DNA from: Candidatus Saccharimonadales bacterium
GTDB taxonomy: Bacteria > Patescibacteriota > Saccharimonadia > Saccharimonadales > 2-12-FULL-41-12
DNA length: 64,000 nt
Assembly (NCBI GenBank): GCA_041906505.1
Contig: JAYRJB010000008.1
Coordinates: forward strand, 72,053 to 136,052
Direction of reading: 5' to 3'
Positions 1 through 8,933 of this stretch are shown in pieces (within the stretch, counting starts at the first letter, position 1; every line of letters begins with the position of its first letter). The notes below the pieces were generated by a model. It had not been told where the DNA came from and ran no database searches. It saw only the letters and a program-made list of their open reading frames with translations. The position numbers and the translations under genes were made by a program.

Positions 1-154
1 TCAAGAGCACGCAGTCGTGCTCGTGCGAGGCGGTCGTGTGAAAGATCTTCCAGGTGTTCGATATCACATTGTGAGGGGCAGCCTTGACTTACAGGGTGTT
101 TCGGATCGAAAGCAAGGCCGATCCAAGTATGGCGCGAAGAAGGAAGGCAAGTAA
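1..154 (+). CDS. rpsL: 30S ribosomal protein S12, C-terminal 50 codons (5' end lies outside the window)
   Basis: Frame 2 reads [50 protein letters not shown], then TAA at 152-154. This is a canonical S12 C-terminus, and rpsG starts 3 nt later. Confidence 0.9.
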   Translation, partial: QEHAVVLVRGGRVKDLPGVRYHIVRGSLDLQGVSDRKQGRSKYGAKKEGK

Positions 155-157
155 GCT

Positions 158-637
158 ATGCCCAGGAAAGTTACCAAAACCCTTGTTCGCGATATTCAGC
201 CCGACCGAGTGTACAACAGCGTGCAAGTTCAGCGACTTATTAATCGAGTTATGCTAAATGGCAAGAAACAGCTTGCTGAGCGGTTGGTATACAATGGGAT
301 GCAAAAGGCTGCAAACAAGCTAAAAGTCGATAATCCGCTTGATGTTTTTGAGCAAGCACTCGGAAATGTAAAGCCTCATCTCGAGACGCGATCGCGCCGA
401 GTTGGCGGTGCGAATTACCAGATTCCCTTCGAAGTTAAAGGTCAACGCCAAAACCATCTCACGATGATGTGGTTCGTGGCGGCTGCACGAGCCAGGAAAG
501 GCATGAGCATGGAAGACCGAATCGCACTCGAATTAGTCGATGCCTACAATAACACGGGTACAGCTGTGAAGAAGCGTGAGGATACCCATAAGATGGCAGA
601 GGCAAACCGAGCCTTTGCGCACTTTGCGAGGTATTAA
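158..637 (+). CDS. rpsG: 30S ribosomal protein S7
   Basis: 159 aa. MPRKV... N-terminus and ...HKMAEANRAFAHFARY C-terminus are typical of S7. str-operon position. Confidence 0.97.
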   Translation: MPRKVTKTLVRDIQPDRVYNSVQVQRLINRVMLNGKKQLAERLVYNGMQKAANKLKVDNPLDVFEQALGNVKPHLETRSRRVGGANYQIPFEVKGQRQNHLTMMWFVAAARARKGMSMEDRIALELVDAYNNTGTAVKKREDTHKMAEANRAFAHFARY

Positions 638-640
638 ATC

Positions 641-919
641 ATGTGGTGTGAAAAGGGTTTGAGAGATTGCGCTTACCTAGACGGTATCAACGAGATGAAC
701 AGCAATGCATCACTCGCGCAAATTGTTGGTACAGAGGATCGAGACTTTGCTGATAGCGCAGAGCTCCTATCTGGGGCTACCCAAGAAGCAATAGAATACT
801 CCTTGAAAACGTGCATTCCCGATCAGTGTGGAGCTGTCGGAATGGCATTATTTGGTATGATCGAAAACACCGTAAGAATCAGAATGCTAGAAGATAAATT
901 GGAGAGAAAAATTGGCTAA
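641..919 (+). CDS. hypothetical 92-aa acidic protein with four Cys
   Basis: ATG lies 3 nt after the rpsG stop with GAGG 9 nt upstream. The ORF fills the whole rpsG-fusA gap and overlaps the fusA TTG start by 8 nt. No family recognised. Confidence 0.35.
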   Translation: MWCEKGLRDCAYLDGINEMNSNASLAQIVGTEDRDFADSAELLSGATQEAIEYSLKTCIPDQCGAVGMALFGMIENTVRIRMLEDKLERKIG

Positions 920-2993
920 GACACCATTAGAAAAACTAAGAAACATTGGAATAATTGCACATATTGATGCGGGTAAAACCACCACAACCGAAGGCATTCT
1001 TTTTCGAACAGGCCTAAAGCATAAAATCGGTGCCGTACATGAAGGCGAAACTACCACCGACTGGATGGAGCAAGAGCGCGAACGCGGTATTACCATCACC
1101 TCTGCTGCCGTAACCTGCTATTGGAAAGATCATCAGATTAACATTATTGATACCCCTGGCCATATTGACTTTACTGTAGAGGTCGAACGCTCCCTACGTG
1201 TTCTAGATGGGGCTGTGACTGTGTTTGATGGCAAAATGGGTGTAGAGAGCCAGTCAGAGACTGTCTGGCGCCAAGCCGATAAATACGGCGTACCGCGAAT
1301 TTGCTTTATCAACAAAATAAACCAAACCGGCGGGGATTTTTATAAGTCTTTGGATAGTATCCATGCGCGACTCAATAAGCGTGCGTTTCCAATTCATCTT
1401 CCGATCGGTTTTGAGCAGACCGTGAACGGCGTTGTTGACTTGATCGACATGAAGGCTTACACCTATAAAGACTTCAAGGATAAGGAACTCGTTGTTGGCG
1501 AAATACCAGCCGACATGCTTGACGAAGCCAAGAAATATCGGAGTTTGCTTATCGAGAATGCTGTTGCCGAGGACGAAAAAATTCTAGAGAAGTACTTTGA
1601 AGTAGGCGAGGATGGCCTAAGTGTTGATGAGATCAAACAAGCAATTCGAACCGCTGTGCTTTCTGGTAAGTTTTTTGCGGTAACTGGCGGTGATGGCCGT
1701 GGGGTTATTGTCGAAAAAGTCCTCGACGCAGTTGTCGACTTTTTGCCGAGTCCTACTGATCGAGGATCAACCTGGGGCGAGCATACAAAAACTGGGGATG
1801 AGATAGAACGGAAGCCAGATGCTGCCCAACCATTTGCTGGCCTAGCTTTCAAGATTGCCACCGATCCATTTGTCGGAAAGCTCTGTTTTGTTCGTGTTTA
1901 CTCTGGAAAACTTCAAGCCGGCAGCTATATTTTGAACAGTTCTACTGGCGAGAAAGAACGCATCGGACGTATTGTTCGAATGCAAGCTGATAAACGCGAG
2001 GATGTGAACGAAATAACTGCCGGCGACATTGCGGCCGTTGTCGGATTAAAGAGCACTACTACTGGGAACAGTCTGTGTGATCCAAATAATCCAATTGTGC
2101 TGGAGAGCATCTCTTTCCCAGATCCACCGGTGAGTATTGCTATCGAGCCAAAAACCAAAGCCGACCAAGAAAAGATGAGTCTAGCGTTGGGTCGCCTTGC
2201 AGAAGAAGACCCTACTTTTCGCATAAAGGTTGACCACGAAACTGGCCAAACCATTATTAGCGGCATGGGCGAACTTCATCTGGAAATCATTGTTGATCGA
2301 ATGAAGCGAGAATTTAATGTCGAAGCCAACATTGGCCAGCCTCAAGTTGCGTATCGCGAAACAATTCGCAAAGACGCTGTTGAATCCGAAGGCAAGTTTG
2401 TCAAACAAAGCGGCGGTCGGGGCCAATATGGTCACGTCTGGATTCGTCTGAGCCAAAACGAGCAAGGCAAAGGTTTCGAGTTCATCAACTCGATCAAGGG
2501 TGGTGCAGTTCCAAGTGAGTACATCAAACCAGTAGAAGAAGGCATAAAAGAAGCTATGAATAATGGGGTTCTGGCTGGTTATCCAGTGGTCGATGTGAAG
2601 GCTGAGCTGTATGATGGCAGCTACCACGATGTGGACTCCAGCGAAATGGCCTTCAAGATCGCAGGATCCATGGCACTTCAAAGTGGTGTAAAAAATGCAA
2701 ACCCAGTATTACTTGAGCCGATCATGAAGGTTGTTGCAGTCACACCCGAAGACTTTATGGGTGACGTGATAGGTGACCTTAACAGCAAACGTGGACGTAT
2801 CGAGTCAATGGATGATCTTGCCAACGGCATTAAGCAGATAACTGCCTATGTACCACTTGGTGAAATGTTTGGCTATACGACCAATCTTAGGAGCATGAGT
2901 CAAGGTCGTGCGAGCTCTAGTATGGAGCTTGACCACTATGCTGACGTGCCAAGTCATGTGACTGAGGCAATTGTCGCTAAAAGCGCAAAATAA
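912..2993 (+). CDS. fusA: elongation factor G
   Basis: 693 aa. Motifs [12 protein letters not shown] and [11 protein letters not shown] start with GGAGAG upstream. str-operon order. Confidence 0.98.
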   Translation: MAKTPLEKLRNIGIIAHIDAGKTTTTEGILFRTGLKHKIGAVHEGETTTDWMEQERERGITITSAAVTCYWKDHQINIIDTPGHIDFTVEVERSLRVLDGAVTVFDGKMGVESQSETVWRQADKYGVPRICFINKINQTGGDFYKSLDSIHARLNKRAFPIHLPIGFEQTVNGVVDLIDMKAYTYKDFKDKELVVGEIPADMLDEAKKYRSLLIENAVAEDEKILEKYFEVGEDGLSVDEIKQAIRTAVLSGKFFAVTGGDGRGVIVEKVLDAVVDFLPSPTDRGSTWGEHTKTGDEIERKPDAAQPFAGLAFKIATDPFVGKLCFVRVYSGKLQAGSYILNSSTGEKERIGRIVRMQADKREDVNEITAGDIAAVVGLKSTTTGNSLCDPNNPIVLESISFPDPPVSIAIEPKTKADQEKMSLALGRLAEEDPTFRIKVDHETGQTIISGMGELHLEIIVDRMKREFNVEANIGQPQVAYRETIRKDAVESEGKFVKQSGGRGQYGHVWIRLSQNEQGKGFEFINSIKGGAVPSEYIKPVEEGIKEAMNNGVLAGYPVVDVKAELYDGSYHDVDSSEMAFKIAGSMALQSGVKNANPVLLEPIMKVVAVTPEDFMGDVIGDLNSKRGRIESMDDLANGIKQITAYVPLGEMFGYTTNLRSMSQGRASSSMELDHYADVPSHVTEAIVAKSAK

Positions 2994-3248
2994 ATGAGCT
3001 GGCAGGACCTCGTATACGGTGTTGGTAATGTCCTATTCGCCGTTGCGCTCATCCCCTCAATTAAGAGCTCTGACAAGCCACACATCAGAACCAGTATTCT
3101 TAATGCATTTGTTTTAGTATTCTTTGTGATTGCAGGTATTAGCTTAGAATTGTATTTCACCGCAGTAGTGACGGCTGTGGTTGTGGGTCTGTGGGCACTT
3201 TTAGCACTGCAAAAATATAACGACTCGAAAGGCAGGCGACATTCATGA
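2994..3248 (+). CDS. small 3-TM membrane protein (SemiSWEET/PQ-loop-like topology, tentative)
   Basis: ATG directly abuts the fusA TAA. 84 aa with three hydrophobic spans. IPSI sits where PQ-loop proteins carry PQ. Confidence 0.5.
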   Translation: MSWQDLVYGVGNVLFAVALIPSIKSSDKPHIRTSILNAFVLVFFVIAGISLELYFTAVVTAVVVGLWALLALQKYNDSKGRRHS

Positions 3249-3448
3249 CAGAGGACAAGCAAACTGAGCTACTAAAGCTGGCGAATCGTCATGCGCGAGA
3301 AGTTGATCTATTTGACCAAGAAGCAGTAGAAAAATCTGTGCTTGAAGCAACAGAGTTGCGCAGCAGGCCTGTGTCTGAGGAAGGTATGCCCATCAGATTA
3401 ATTAAAGCAGTTGGGCAGCATATAGTTCGCAAGAACGAACAAGAATAA
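3245..3448 (+). CDS. hypothetical 67-aa acidic helical protein
   Basis: ATGA overlap with the preceding ORF suggests translational coupling. No family recognised. Confidence 0.4.
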   Translation: MTEDKQTELLKLANRHAREVDLFDQEAVEKSVLEATELRSRPVSEEGMPIRLIKAVGQHIVRKNEQE

Positions 3449-3489
3449 TCATAGTTTTGGTCGCATAGTTAGCCCAACCGTAACAGGGG

Positions 3490-3518
3490 TTTACAAACCT
3501 ATTCCGATTAGATACGAT
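3490..3518 (+). promoter_or_regulatory. candidate sigma70-type promoter for tuf
   Basis: TTTACA (3490-3495), 17-nt spacer, TACGAT (3513-3518). AAGGAG RBS precedes the tuf ATG. Confidence 0.4.
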
Positions 3519-3602
3519 ATATCGGTAACATGAGTGTTTCGCTAGCTATGTCTATGCCCTCATAAATACAACTTTAGATAATTAACTATGTAAGGAGTTA
3601 GA

Positions 3603-4787
3603 ATGGCCGATACCTTTGATCGCAGCAAGCCACACGTAAACGTTGGAACGATGGGTCATGTTGACCACGGGAAGACAAGCTTGACTGCAGCAATCACAAT
3701 GACGCTTGCAAAGCGTCTCCCAAGCGACGTAAATAAGCCGATCGCTTATGACCAAATTGATAACGCGCCGGAAGAAAAACAGCGCGGGATTACGATCGCG
3801 ACCTCACACCAAGAGTATGAGTCCGAGAAGCGGCACTACGCCCATGTCGACATGCCCGGGCACGCCGACTACGTAAAAAACATGATTACCGGTGCGGCCC
3901 AGATTGATGGCGCAGTATTGGTTGTCTCAGCGGCAGATGGTCCAATGCCTCAAACACGCGAGCACGTGTTGCTTGCAAAACAAGTTGGCGTTCCTAGCAT
4001 CTTAGTTTTTATGAACAAGATGGATCTTGCTGATCCCGAGTTGGTAGAGCTTGTCGAAATGGACATCCGCGAGCTGCTTGCGAAGTATGACTTCGACGAG
4101 AACGCGCCAATTATTAAAGGCTCAGCTACCAAAGCGATTGAAGGCGACGAGGCAAATATGGATGCCATTATGGAGCTTGTGAAGGCAATGGATGACTACA
4201 TTCCAGAGCCAAAGCGTGAACTTGATAAACCGTTTCTTATGCCAGTCGAGGATGTATTTTCTATCAAAGGTCGAGGAACCGTCGCGACTGGTCGTATCGA
4301 AACCGGTATTGTAAAAGTCAACGACGAAGTAGAGATTGTTGGTATTCGTGACACCCAAAAGTCAGTGGTTACCGGTGTTGAAATGTTCAAGAAGCTACTT
4401 GATCAAGGTCAAGCCGGTGATAACGTCGGAGTGCTCCTAAGAGGCATCGAAAGAGACGACATCGAGCGCGGACAAGTACTGGCTAAGCCTGGTTCAATCA
4501 CTCCTCATACCGAATTTGACTCTGAAGTTTATATTTTGACCAAAGAAGAAGGTGGACGACACACGCCATTCTTTAAGGGTTACAAGCCCCAGTTTTACTT
4601 CAGAACCACTGACGTGACTGGCGAGGTAGAATTGCCAGCCGACAAAGAAATGGTAATGCCTGGCGATACCGTTACTTTTAAGGTCAAGTTGCTGGCTCCA
4701 ATTGCTATGGAGCAAGGGCTTCGATTTGCGATCCGCGAAGGCGGCCGAACGGTCGGCGCGGGTGTGGTGACAAAAATCGTTAAGTAG
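3603..4787 (+). CDS. tuf: elongation factor Tu
   Basis: 394 aa. Motifs [15 protein letters not shown] and [17 protein letters not shown]. Confidence 0.98.
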   Translation: MADTFDRSKPHVNVGTMGHVDHGKTSLTAAITMTLAKRLPSDVNKPIAYDQIDNAPEEKQRGITIATSHQEYESEKRHYAHVDMPGHADYVKNMITGAAQIDGAVLVVSAADGPMPQTREHVLLAKQVGVPSILVFMNKMDLADPELVELVEMDIRELLAKYDFDENAPIIKGSATKAIEGDEANMDAIMELVKAMDDYIPEPKRELDKPFLMPVEDVFSIKGRGTVATGRIETGIVKVNDEVEIVGIRDTQKSVVTGVEMFKKLLDQGQAGDNVGVLLRGIERDDIERGQVLAKPGSITPHTEFDSEVYILTKEEGGRHTPFFKGYKPQFYFRTTDVTGEVELPADKEMVMPGDTVTFKVKLLAPIAMEQGLRFAIREGGRTVGAGVVTKIVK

Positions 4788-4807
4788 CACCAAAACAAGT
4801 GTGAATA

Positions 4808-4833
4808 AAAGCCCCAGAAAACGGGGCTTTTAT
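4808..4833 (+). terminator. Rho-independent terminator after tuf
   Basis: AAAGCCCC / GGGGCTTT 8-bp stem, 7-nt loop, then a T-run. Confidence 0.75.
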
Positions 4834-4835
4834 AA

Positions 4836-4864
4836 TTGCAAGAATTAACTAAATGCAGTATAAT
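4836..4864 (+). promoter_or_regulatory. near-consensus promoter
   Basis: TTGCAA (4836-4841), 17-nt spacer, TATAAT (4859-4864). The ATG at 4876 lies only 11 nt after the -10 box. Confidence 0.65.
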
Positions 4865-4875
4865 AATCATTAATT

Positions 4876-5190
4876 ATGAATACTGCAGAGTCTTGGCCAG
4901 AAAGTACCACATCGCATTTCCAAATAGTGGAATCGACCCTAGAGGATTACAAAGACGCGCTTCTCGGCGAGAAGGTGGTGCATTGGTGGGGTGATGAACG
5001 AGACAATGTGTACCTAACCCAAACGCGACGATCGGGTGAGACTCTCGTCTTGAATGATCTTGATGAGATAGGCCTCGGGCCCGTACGTGCCTTTATGGCT
5101 GAAATTGGTGTTGGGTACAAAGGTTTAATGACCCAAGAAATGCTATCGCAAAGAATTGATGACCTTACTCGCGGAAACGCAGAGGCTTGA
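4876..5190 (+). CDS. hypothetical 104-aa acidic protein
   Basis: ORF directly downstream of its own terminator and promoter pair. No Shine-Dalgarno, so probably near-leaderless. No family recognised. Confidence 0.5.
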   Translation: MNTAESWPESTTSHFQIVESTLEDYKDALLGEKVVHWWGDERDNVYLTQTRRSGETLVLNDLDEIGLGPVRAFMAEIGVGYKGLMTQEMLSQRIDDLTRGNAEA

Positions 5191-5345
5191 GAAGTTTCCT
5201 AATATTTTTTGAAATACTTAAAACTAGACTATCAACAAATAATTTGTTAATGTAACCATACTTTATTGCATGCTGACTAAAAGTCATTTCCTCTAGCGCG
5301 AGATGATGTTACAGCGAATTCTAATGAAAGGAACAACACCTTATA

Positions 5346-5789
5346 ATGGCTGAATCAACCAAGAAACCCAAAACATCTCAAAAAGAGAAAAAGGCAAAGC
5401 CGACTGTTATAGCCGCAGCTAAGGAATCAAAGCCCACAACAAAACCTACTGTCACACCAAGTTCGAAGCCCGTTGCTGCCGACGGAAAGCAACGTATTCG
5501 AATTCGCTTGAAAGCTTATGACCATAAAGTTATTGATCAATCTGCTAAGCAAATTGTTGATACTGCGCTCCGCACCGGTGCCACTGTAGCGGGGCCGGTG
5601 CCACTCCCGACTCGCAAAAGCACGTTTACCGTTGTGAAGAGTCCGCATGTATACAAAAAGGGTCGTGAACAGTTTGAAATGCGAGTTCACAAGCGCCTTA
5701 TCGATGTGCTTGAGCCGACTCCGAAAACAATTGACTCCCTCATGAACCTTTCTCTTCCTGCTGGCTGCGACGCCGAAATAAAAATGTAA
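5346..5789 (+). CDS. rpsJ: 30S ribosomal protein S10 with a ~45-aa Lys/Pro/Thr-rich N-terminal extension
   Basis: The core [25 protein letters not shown]...PLPTRK...[23 protein letters not shown] is canonical S10. The preceding 45 aa are low-complexity. Confidence 0.95.
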   Translation: MAESTKKPKTSQKEKKAKPTVIAAAKESKPTTKPTVTPSSKPVAADGKQRIRIRLKAYDHKVIDQSAKQIVDTALRTGATVAGPVPLPTRKSTFTVVKSPHVYKKGREQFEMRVHKRLIDVLEPTPKTIDSLMNLSLPAGCDAEIKM

Positions 5790-5807
5790 CCCTCAGGCGT
5801 ATCAATT

Positions 5808-6089
5808 ATGAGAACCATAAGACTACAAGAGTCTGCCTCGATGTTTCTACTTAGCATTGAGCCGCCACTCGATGACGAAGAACTTGGCCTCTTACCGCTT
5901 GCACAAGTGGCAGATAACGATGTCGACGAAAGTGCGAATTCGCGTATCTATCGCTGGAGCGACGAGACAATAGTCGCATACCCAAGCGTTGTTTTTGATA
6001 ACGACCCGGCTAAGCTTGCCCAGCACGCAGAGGAAGTTGCAGAAGCGTTGGGGCAAACCAGCCTTCAAGGCGTCCTGCAAAAAGTGTAG
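5808..6089 (+). CDS. hypothetical 93-aa acidic protein
   Basis: ORF 18 nt after the rpsJ stop. No clear RBS. No family recognised. Confidence 0.35.
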   Translation: MRTIRLQESASMFLLSIEPPLDDEELGLLPLAQVADNDVDESANSRIYRWSDETIVAYPSVVFDNDPAKLAQHAEEVAEALGQTSLQGVLQKV

Positions 6090-6107
6090 AACAACTCCTA
6101 ATGATTG

Positions 6108-6136
6108 TTGACCAAAGCAGTAATCTGTGATAAAAT
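6108..6136 (+). promoter_or_regulatory. candidate internal promoter with extended -10
   Basis: TTGACC (6108-6113), 17-nt spacer, TGaTAAAAT (-10 at 6131-6136). Confidence 0.55.
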
Positions 6137-6170
6137 ATGTAATTACTAAAAGGAGATGTAAGTTAGAGTC

Positions 6171-6770
6171 ATGGAAATAAGCCCAAATGTAGAGCATTAT
6201 GCTGATGCGAGTCCCAACAGAGTTGGGGGAGTGATTGACAATCTTAAGCAAAGACTTGCAGTTGGCGCTGCGGTGATTGCGGCTTCGTTTGCTGCGGCCC
6301 CTGGTGCTGAGAATTTTGATAATGAGGCCCAGGCAAGCCAAGTACCGGCAACCGAGGTAAATCCGATAAGCGAGTCGGGAGTTAGTTTTTCTGATTGCGC
6401 AAACGCTGCGCTTGCGCACACGGCTAGTTTTCGAACACGAGTAACCACAAACCGAACAAACGGCCGGATCACCAATGCGGTCGGGAGATTTACTGGACAG
6501 ATTGAAGTACCGTCTATTGTCGAGTGTGATGGGGTGCGAACTGTTCGTGTATCGGGGATAGCAAATCGACACCTGGTGACACCAGTCTTGACTCTGGTTG
6601 GCAGAAACAAAGACAGGGAATCAATTTCTGGCCACTTCTCAGCAACGCAACAATGTAAAAAAGTCGGCCGTATCTTTTCATCGATGTTGATAAGAACAAC
6701 CTACAGTGATGATGGGCGCACGGTAACTTCTACAGATACCGTTCGAGCGGATCGTCCGAACAAGTGCTAA
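6171..6770 (+). CDS. hypothetical secreted or membrane-anchored 199-aa protein with four Cys
   Basis: Hydrophobic segment LAVGAAVIAASFAAAPGA near the N-terminus. The rest is Thr/Arg/Val-rich and probably beta-rich. The long antisense ORF reads as junk-like. Confidence 0.5.
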   Translation: MEISPNVEHYADASPNRVGGVIDNLKQRLAVGAAVIAASFAAAPGAENFDNEAQASQVPATEVNPISESGVSFSDCANAALAHTASFRTRVTTNRTNGRITNAVGRFTGQIEVPSIVECDGVRTVRVSGIANRHLVTPVLTLVGRNKDRESISGHFSATQQCKKVGRIFSSMLIRTTYSDDGRTVTSTDTVRADRPNKC

Positions 6771-6860
6771 CAGGCAAAGCTACATTGTAAACTCTGGTAG
6801 TAGTGAGGCCCGGTTGTGTGGTGTACTTTTTCATCATATGCTTTAATACTGCTTATAGTT

Positions 6861-7130
6861 ATGGCAAAGAAAAAAACACAAACATCTTCTTCTGAAACCG
6901 ACGGAGCTTATTTTTTAAAAATTGTACTGTATATGATTGTGGGGAGCGCCTGGATTCGAGTGACCACCAAGGCCGGGGCAGTATATCCTTTGCCTTTTGG
7001 CGCTGTCGTTGCCTTGCTATTTGCTAGCCATGAACATTTTCAGCTTGATCGAAAAATCGAGTATGCGATTATTCTTGTGAGTATGTTCATCTCGTTTTGG
7101 CTGCCCATTGGGCTGTATATAAATTTGTAG
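6861..7130 (+). CDS. small membrane protein (~89 aa, 2-3 TM)
   Basis: MAKKKTQTSS... followed by hydrophobic spans. The ATG at 6861 is preferred over the GTG at 6816. Confidence 0.45.
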   Translation: MAKKKTQTSSSETDGAYFLKIVLYMIVGSAWIRVTTKAGAVYPLPFGAVVALLFASHEHFQLDRKIEYAIILVSMFISFWLPIGLYINL

Positions 7131-7143
7131 AATATACAACGTA

Positions 7144-7173
7144 TTGACAGAGGTAACACAAACGTGTTAATCT
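7144..7173 (+). promoter_or_regulatory. candidate promoter for rplC and downstream genes
   Basis: TTGACA (7144-7149), 18-nt spacer, TGtTAATCT (-10 at 7168-7173). About 135 nt of leader follows. Confidence 0.45.
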
Positions 7174-7312
7174 GTTATCTAGTAGTTAAAATTCTTGTAC
7201 TTGGTGTATTGCACAGGTCTACGAGTTACAGTGGTAGAAACCGGCAATTACCAAGCGTTTTTATGTAACGCTAAATACGCGAACAAGAATAGTAAAGAAA
7301 GGCTAGAAGAGC

Positions 7313-7927
7313 TTGAAAGCGTTTGTGACCCGAAAAGTTGGAATGACAAGCACCATCGATAGTGAAGGTGTGGTGCAGGCTATTACCTTGCTTTCGGCAT
7401 CGGACAATGTGGTGACGCAAGTAAAGTCAACTGAAACCGACGGCTATAATGCGCTACAACTCGGTTTTGAGGAAGAAAAGCGGCAACTAAAGCCACAGCT
7501 AGGTCACCTCAAGCCCGCGAAAACAAACGCTAAAATTATGCGTGAGATTCGCCTCGATGACGACACTACCGAACTAAAGGTCGGCGACCAACTTAGCGCC
7601 GATCTTTTTAGTGTGGGGGACATCGTACATGCGACGGGAACCAGCAAAGGGAAGGGATGGGCCGGCACCATAAAGCGACATAATTTTCATCGACAGCGCA
7701 AAACACATGGTGGAAAGGGCAATACTCGAAAAGCTGGATCTATCGGCTCAATGTACCCGCAGAGGATATTTAAGGGTAAAAAAATGGCCGGTCAGATGGG
7801 TAGCGAGCAGGTGACCATTAAAAATCTAACTATTGGCCTGGTTGACACTGAGCACAGTCTCATCGGTGTGATTGGTGCAGTACCAGGTCCACGCAAAAGT
7901 ATTGTTGTGTTGCGAGGAGCGAAATAA
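7313..7927 (+). CDS. rplC: 50S ribosomal protein L3
   Basis: 204 aa, TTG start, MKAFVTRKVGMTS... typical of L3. Conserved operon order. Confidence 0.96.
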   Translation: MKAFVTRKVGMTSTIDSEGVVQAITLLSASDNVVTQVKSTETDGYNALQLGFEEEKRQLKPQLGHLKPAKTNAKIMREIRLDDDTTELKVGDQLSADLFSVGDIVHATGTSKGKGWAGTIKRHNFHRQRKTHGGKGNTRKAGSIGSMYPQRIFKGKKMAGQMGSEQVTIKNLTIGLVDTEHSLIGVIGAVPGPRKSIVVLRGAK

Positions 7928-8565
7928 TGGCCACCCCTACCTTTACAAAATCTGGAGCGAAGTCGACTAGTTCCGTGAAGCTTGACAAGAATGTGTTTGA
8001 AGTTGAGGTTGCGAACCACCGCTTGCTCAAGGACGCCTATCATGCATACCTTGATAATGGGCGGCACAATCTTGCGGTCACAAAAACACGTGGTCTGGTT
8101 CGTGGTGGCGGGAAAAAACCCTGGAAGCAAAAAGGCACAGGCCGGGCTCGATTCGGAAGCTCAAGAGTTCCCATTTGGAGAGGCGGAGGAATTACTTTTG
8201 GTCCTACGGGAAACGAGAACTACTCTAAGAAGTTAAATCAAAAAGCCAAACGTACAGCTATACGACAGGCACTGACACTGGCGGCGCAGGCCAATAAGCT
8301 GTGCATTATTGAGGCTTTTGAAGTCCAGGATGGCAAGGTTAAGTCTGCCCTAGAATTGCTGAACAAAATTAATGCCAAGGGTCGCGTATTAATCGTTGTC
8401 GAGAACAAATCCGAAGAGATGAAGCGAGCAACAAACAACCTCGAAGCAACTATACTTGTTCAAGCGAAGTATCTCAACACATTTGACATACTCAACGCCG
8501 ATACTATCGTGGTGACAAAAAATTCGCTCAACATCATTTCTGATTGGCTTGGAGGTGAAAAATAA
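7927..8565 (+). CDS. rplD: 50S ribosomal protein L4
   Basis: 212 aa. Motif GGGKKPWKQKGTGRAR. ATG overlaps the rplC stop. Confidence 0.96.
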   Translation: MATPTFTKSGAKSTSSVKLDKNVFEVEVANHRLLKDAYHAYLDNGRHNLAVTKTRGLVRGGGKKPWKQKGTGRARFGSSRVPIWRGGGITFGPTGNENYSKKLNQKAKRTAIRQALTLAAQANKLCIIEAFEVQDGKVKSALELLNKINAKGRVLIVVENKSEEMKRATNNLEATILVQAKYLNTFDILNADTIVVTKNSLNIISDWLGGEK

Positions 8566-8933
8566 TGACCAAGCTGACTATCTTAAAGCCTAGAATGAGC
8601 GAAAAAACATACGCCTCATCTCAGTCGACCAACACCTATGTATTTGATGTGCCAACATCGAGCAACAAACACGAAATTGCCAACCAAGTTTCCTCGCAGT
8701 TCAGTGTGGACGTAATCAATGTGCGCACTGCAACTATCAAGGGAAAGCGCAAACGAACCGTTCGACGAGGCGGTAGATCTGTGATTGGCGTTCGCTCCAA
8801 TTTCAAAAAAGCCTATGTCACTCTGAAAGACGGCGACTCCCTGCCGATTTTTGCAGCTATTGAAGAGCAAGAAAAGAAAGAAGCCAAGGCGGCGGAAAAG
8901 GCCCAAAAAAAGGCCAAAAAGGAGAGTAAGTAA
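8565..8933 (+). CDS. rplW: 50S ribosomal protein L23 with a Lys/Glu/Ala C-terminal tail
   Basis: 122 aa. L23 core (MSEKTY...YVFDV) plus the tail EEQEKKEAKAAEKAQKKAKKESK. Confidence 0.93.
   Translation: MTKLTILKPRMSEKTYASSQSTNTYVFDVPTSSNKHEIANQVSSQFSVDVINVRTATIKGKRKRTVRRGGRSVIGVRSNFKKAYVTLKDGDSLPIFAAIEEQEKKEAKAAEKAQKKAKKESK

Noticed and set aside
5892-6572. A 226-aa minus-strand ORF antisense to the rpsJ-rplC insert. Similar long antisense ORFs occur at 17550-18104, 8813-9388, 2181-2681, 20612-20995 and 40522-40968.
   Set aside because: Their products are Cys/Arg/Ser-rich and junk-like. They lie opposite clearly coding frames (r-proteins, infA, rpmJ, EF-G, L1). They are typical shadow ORFs.
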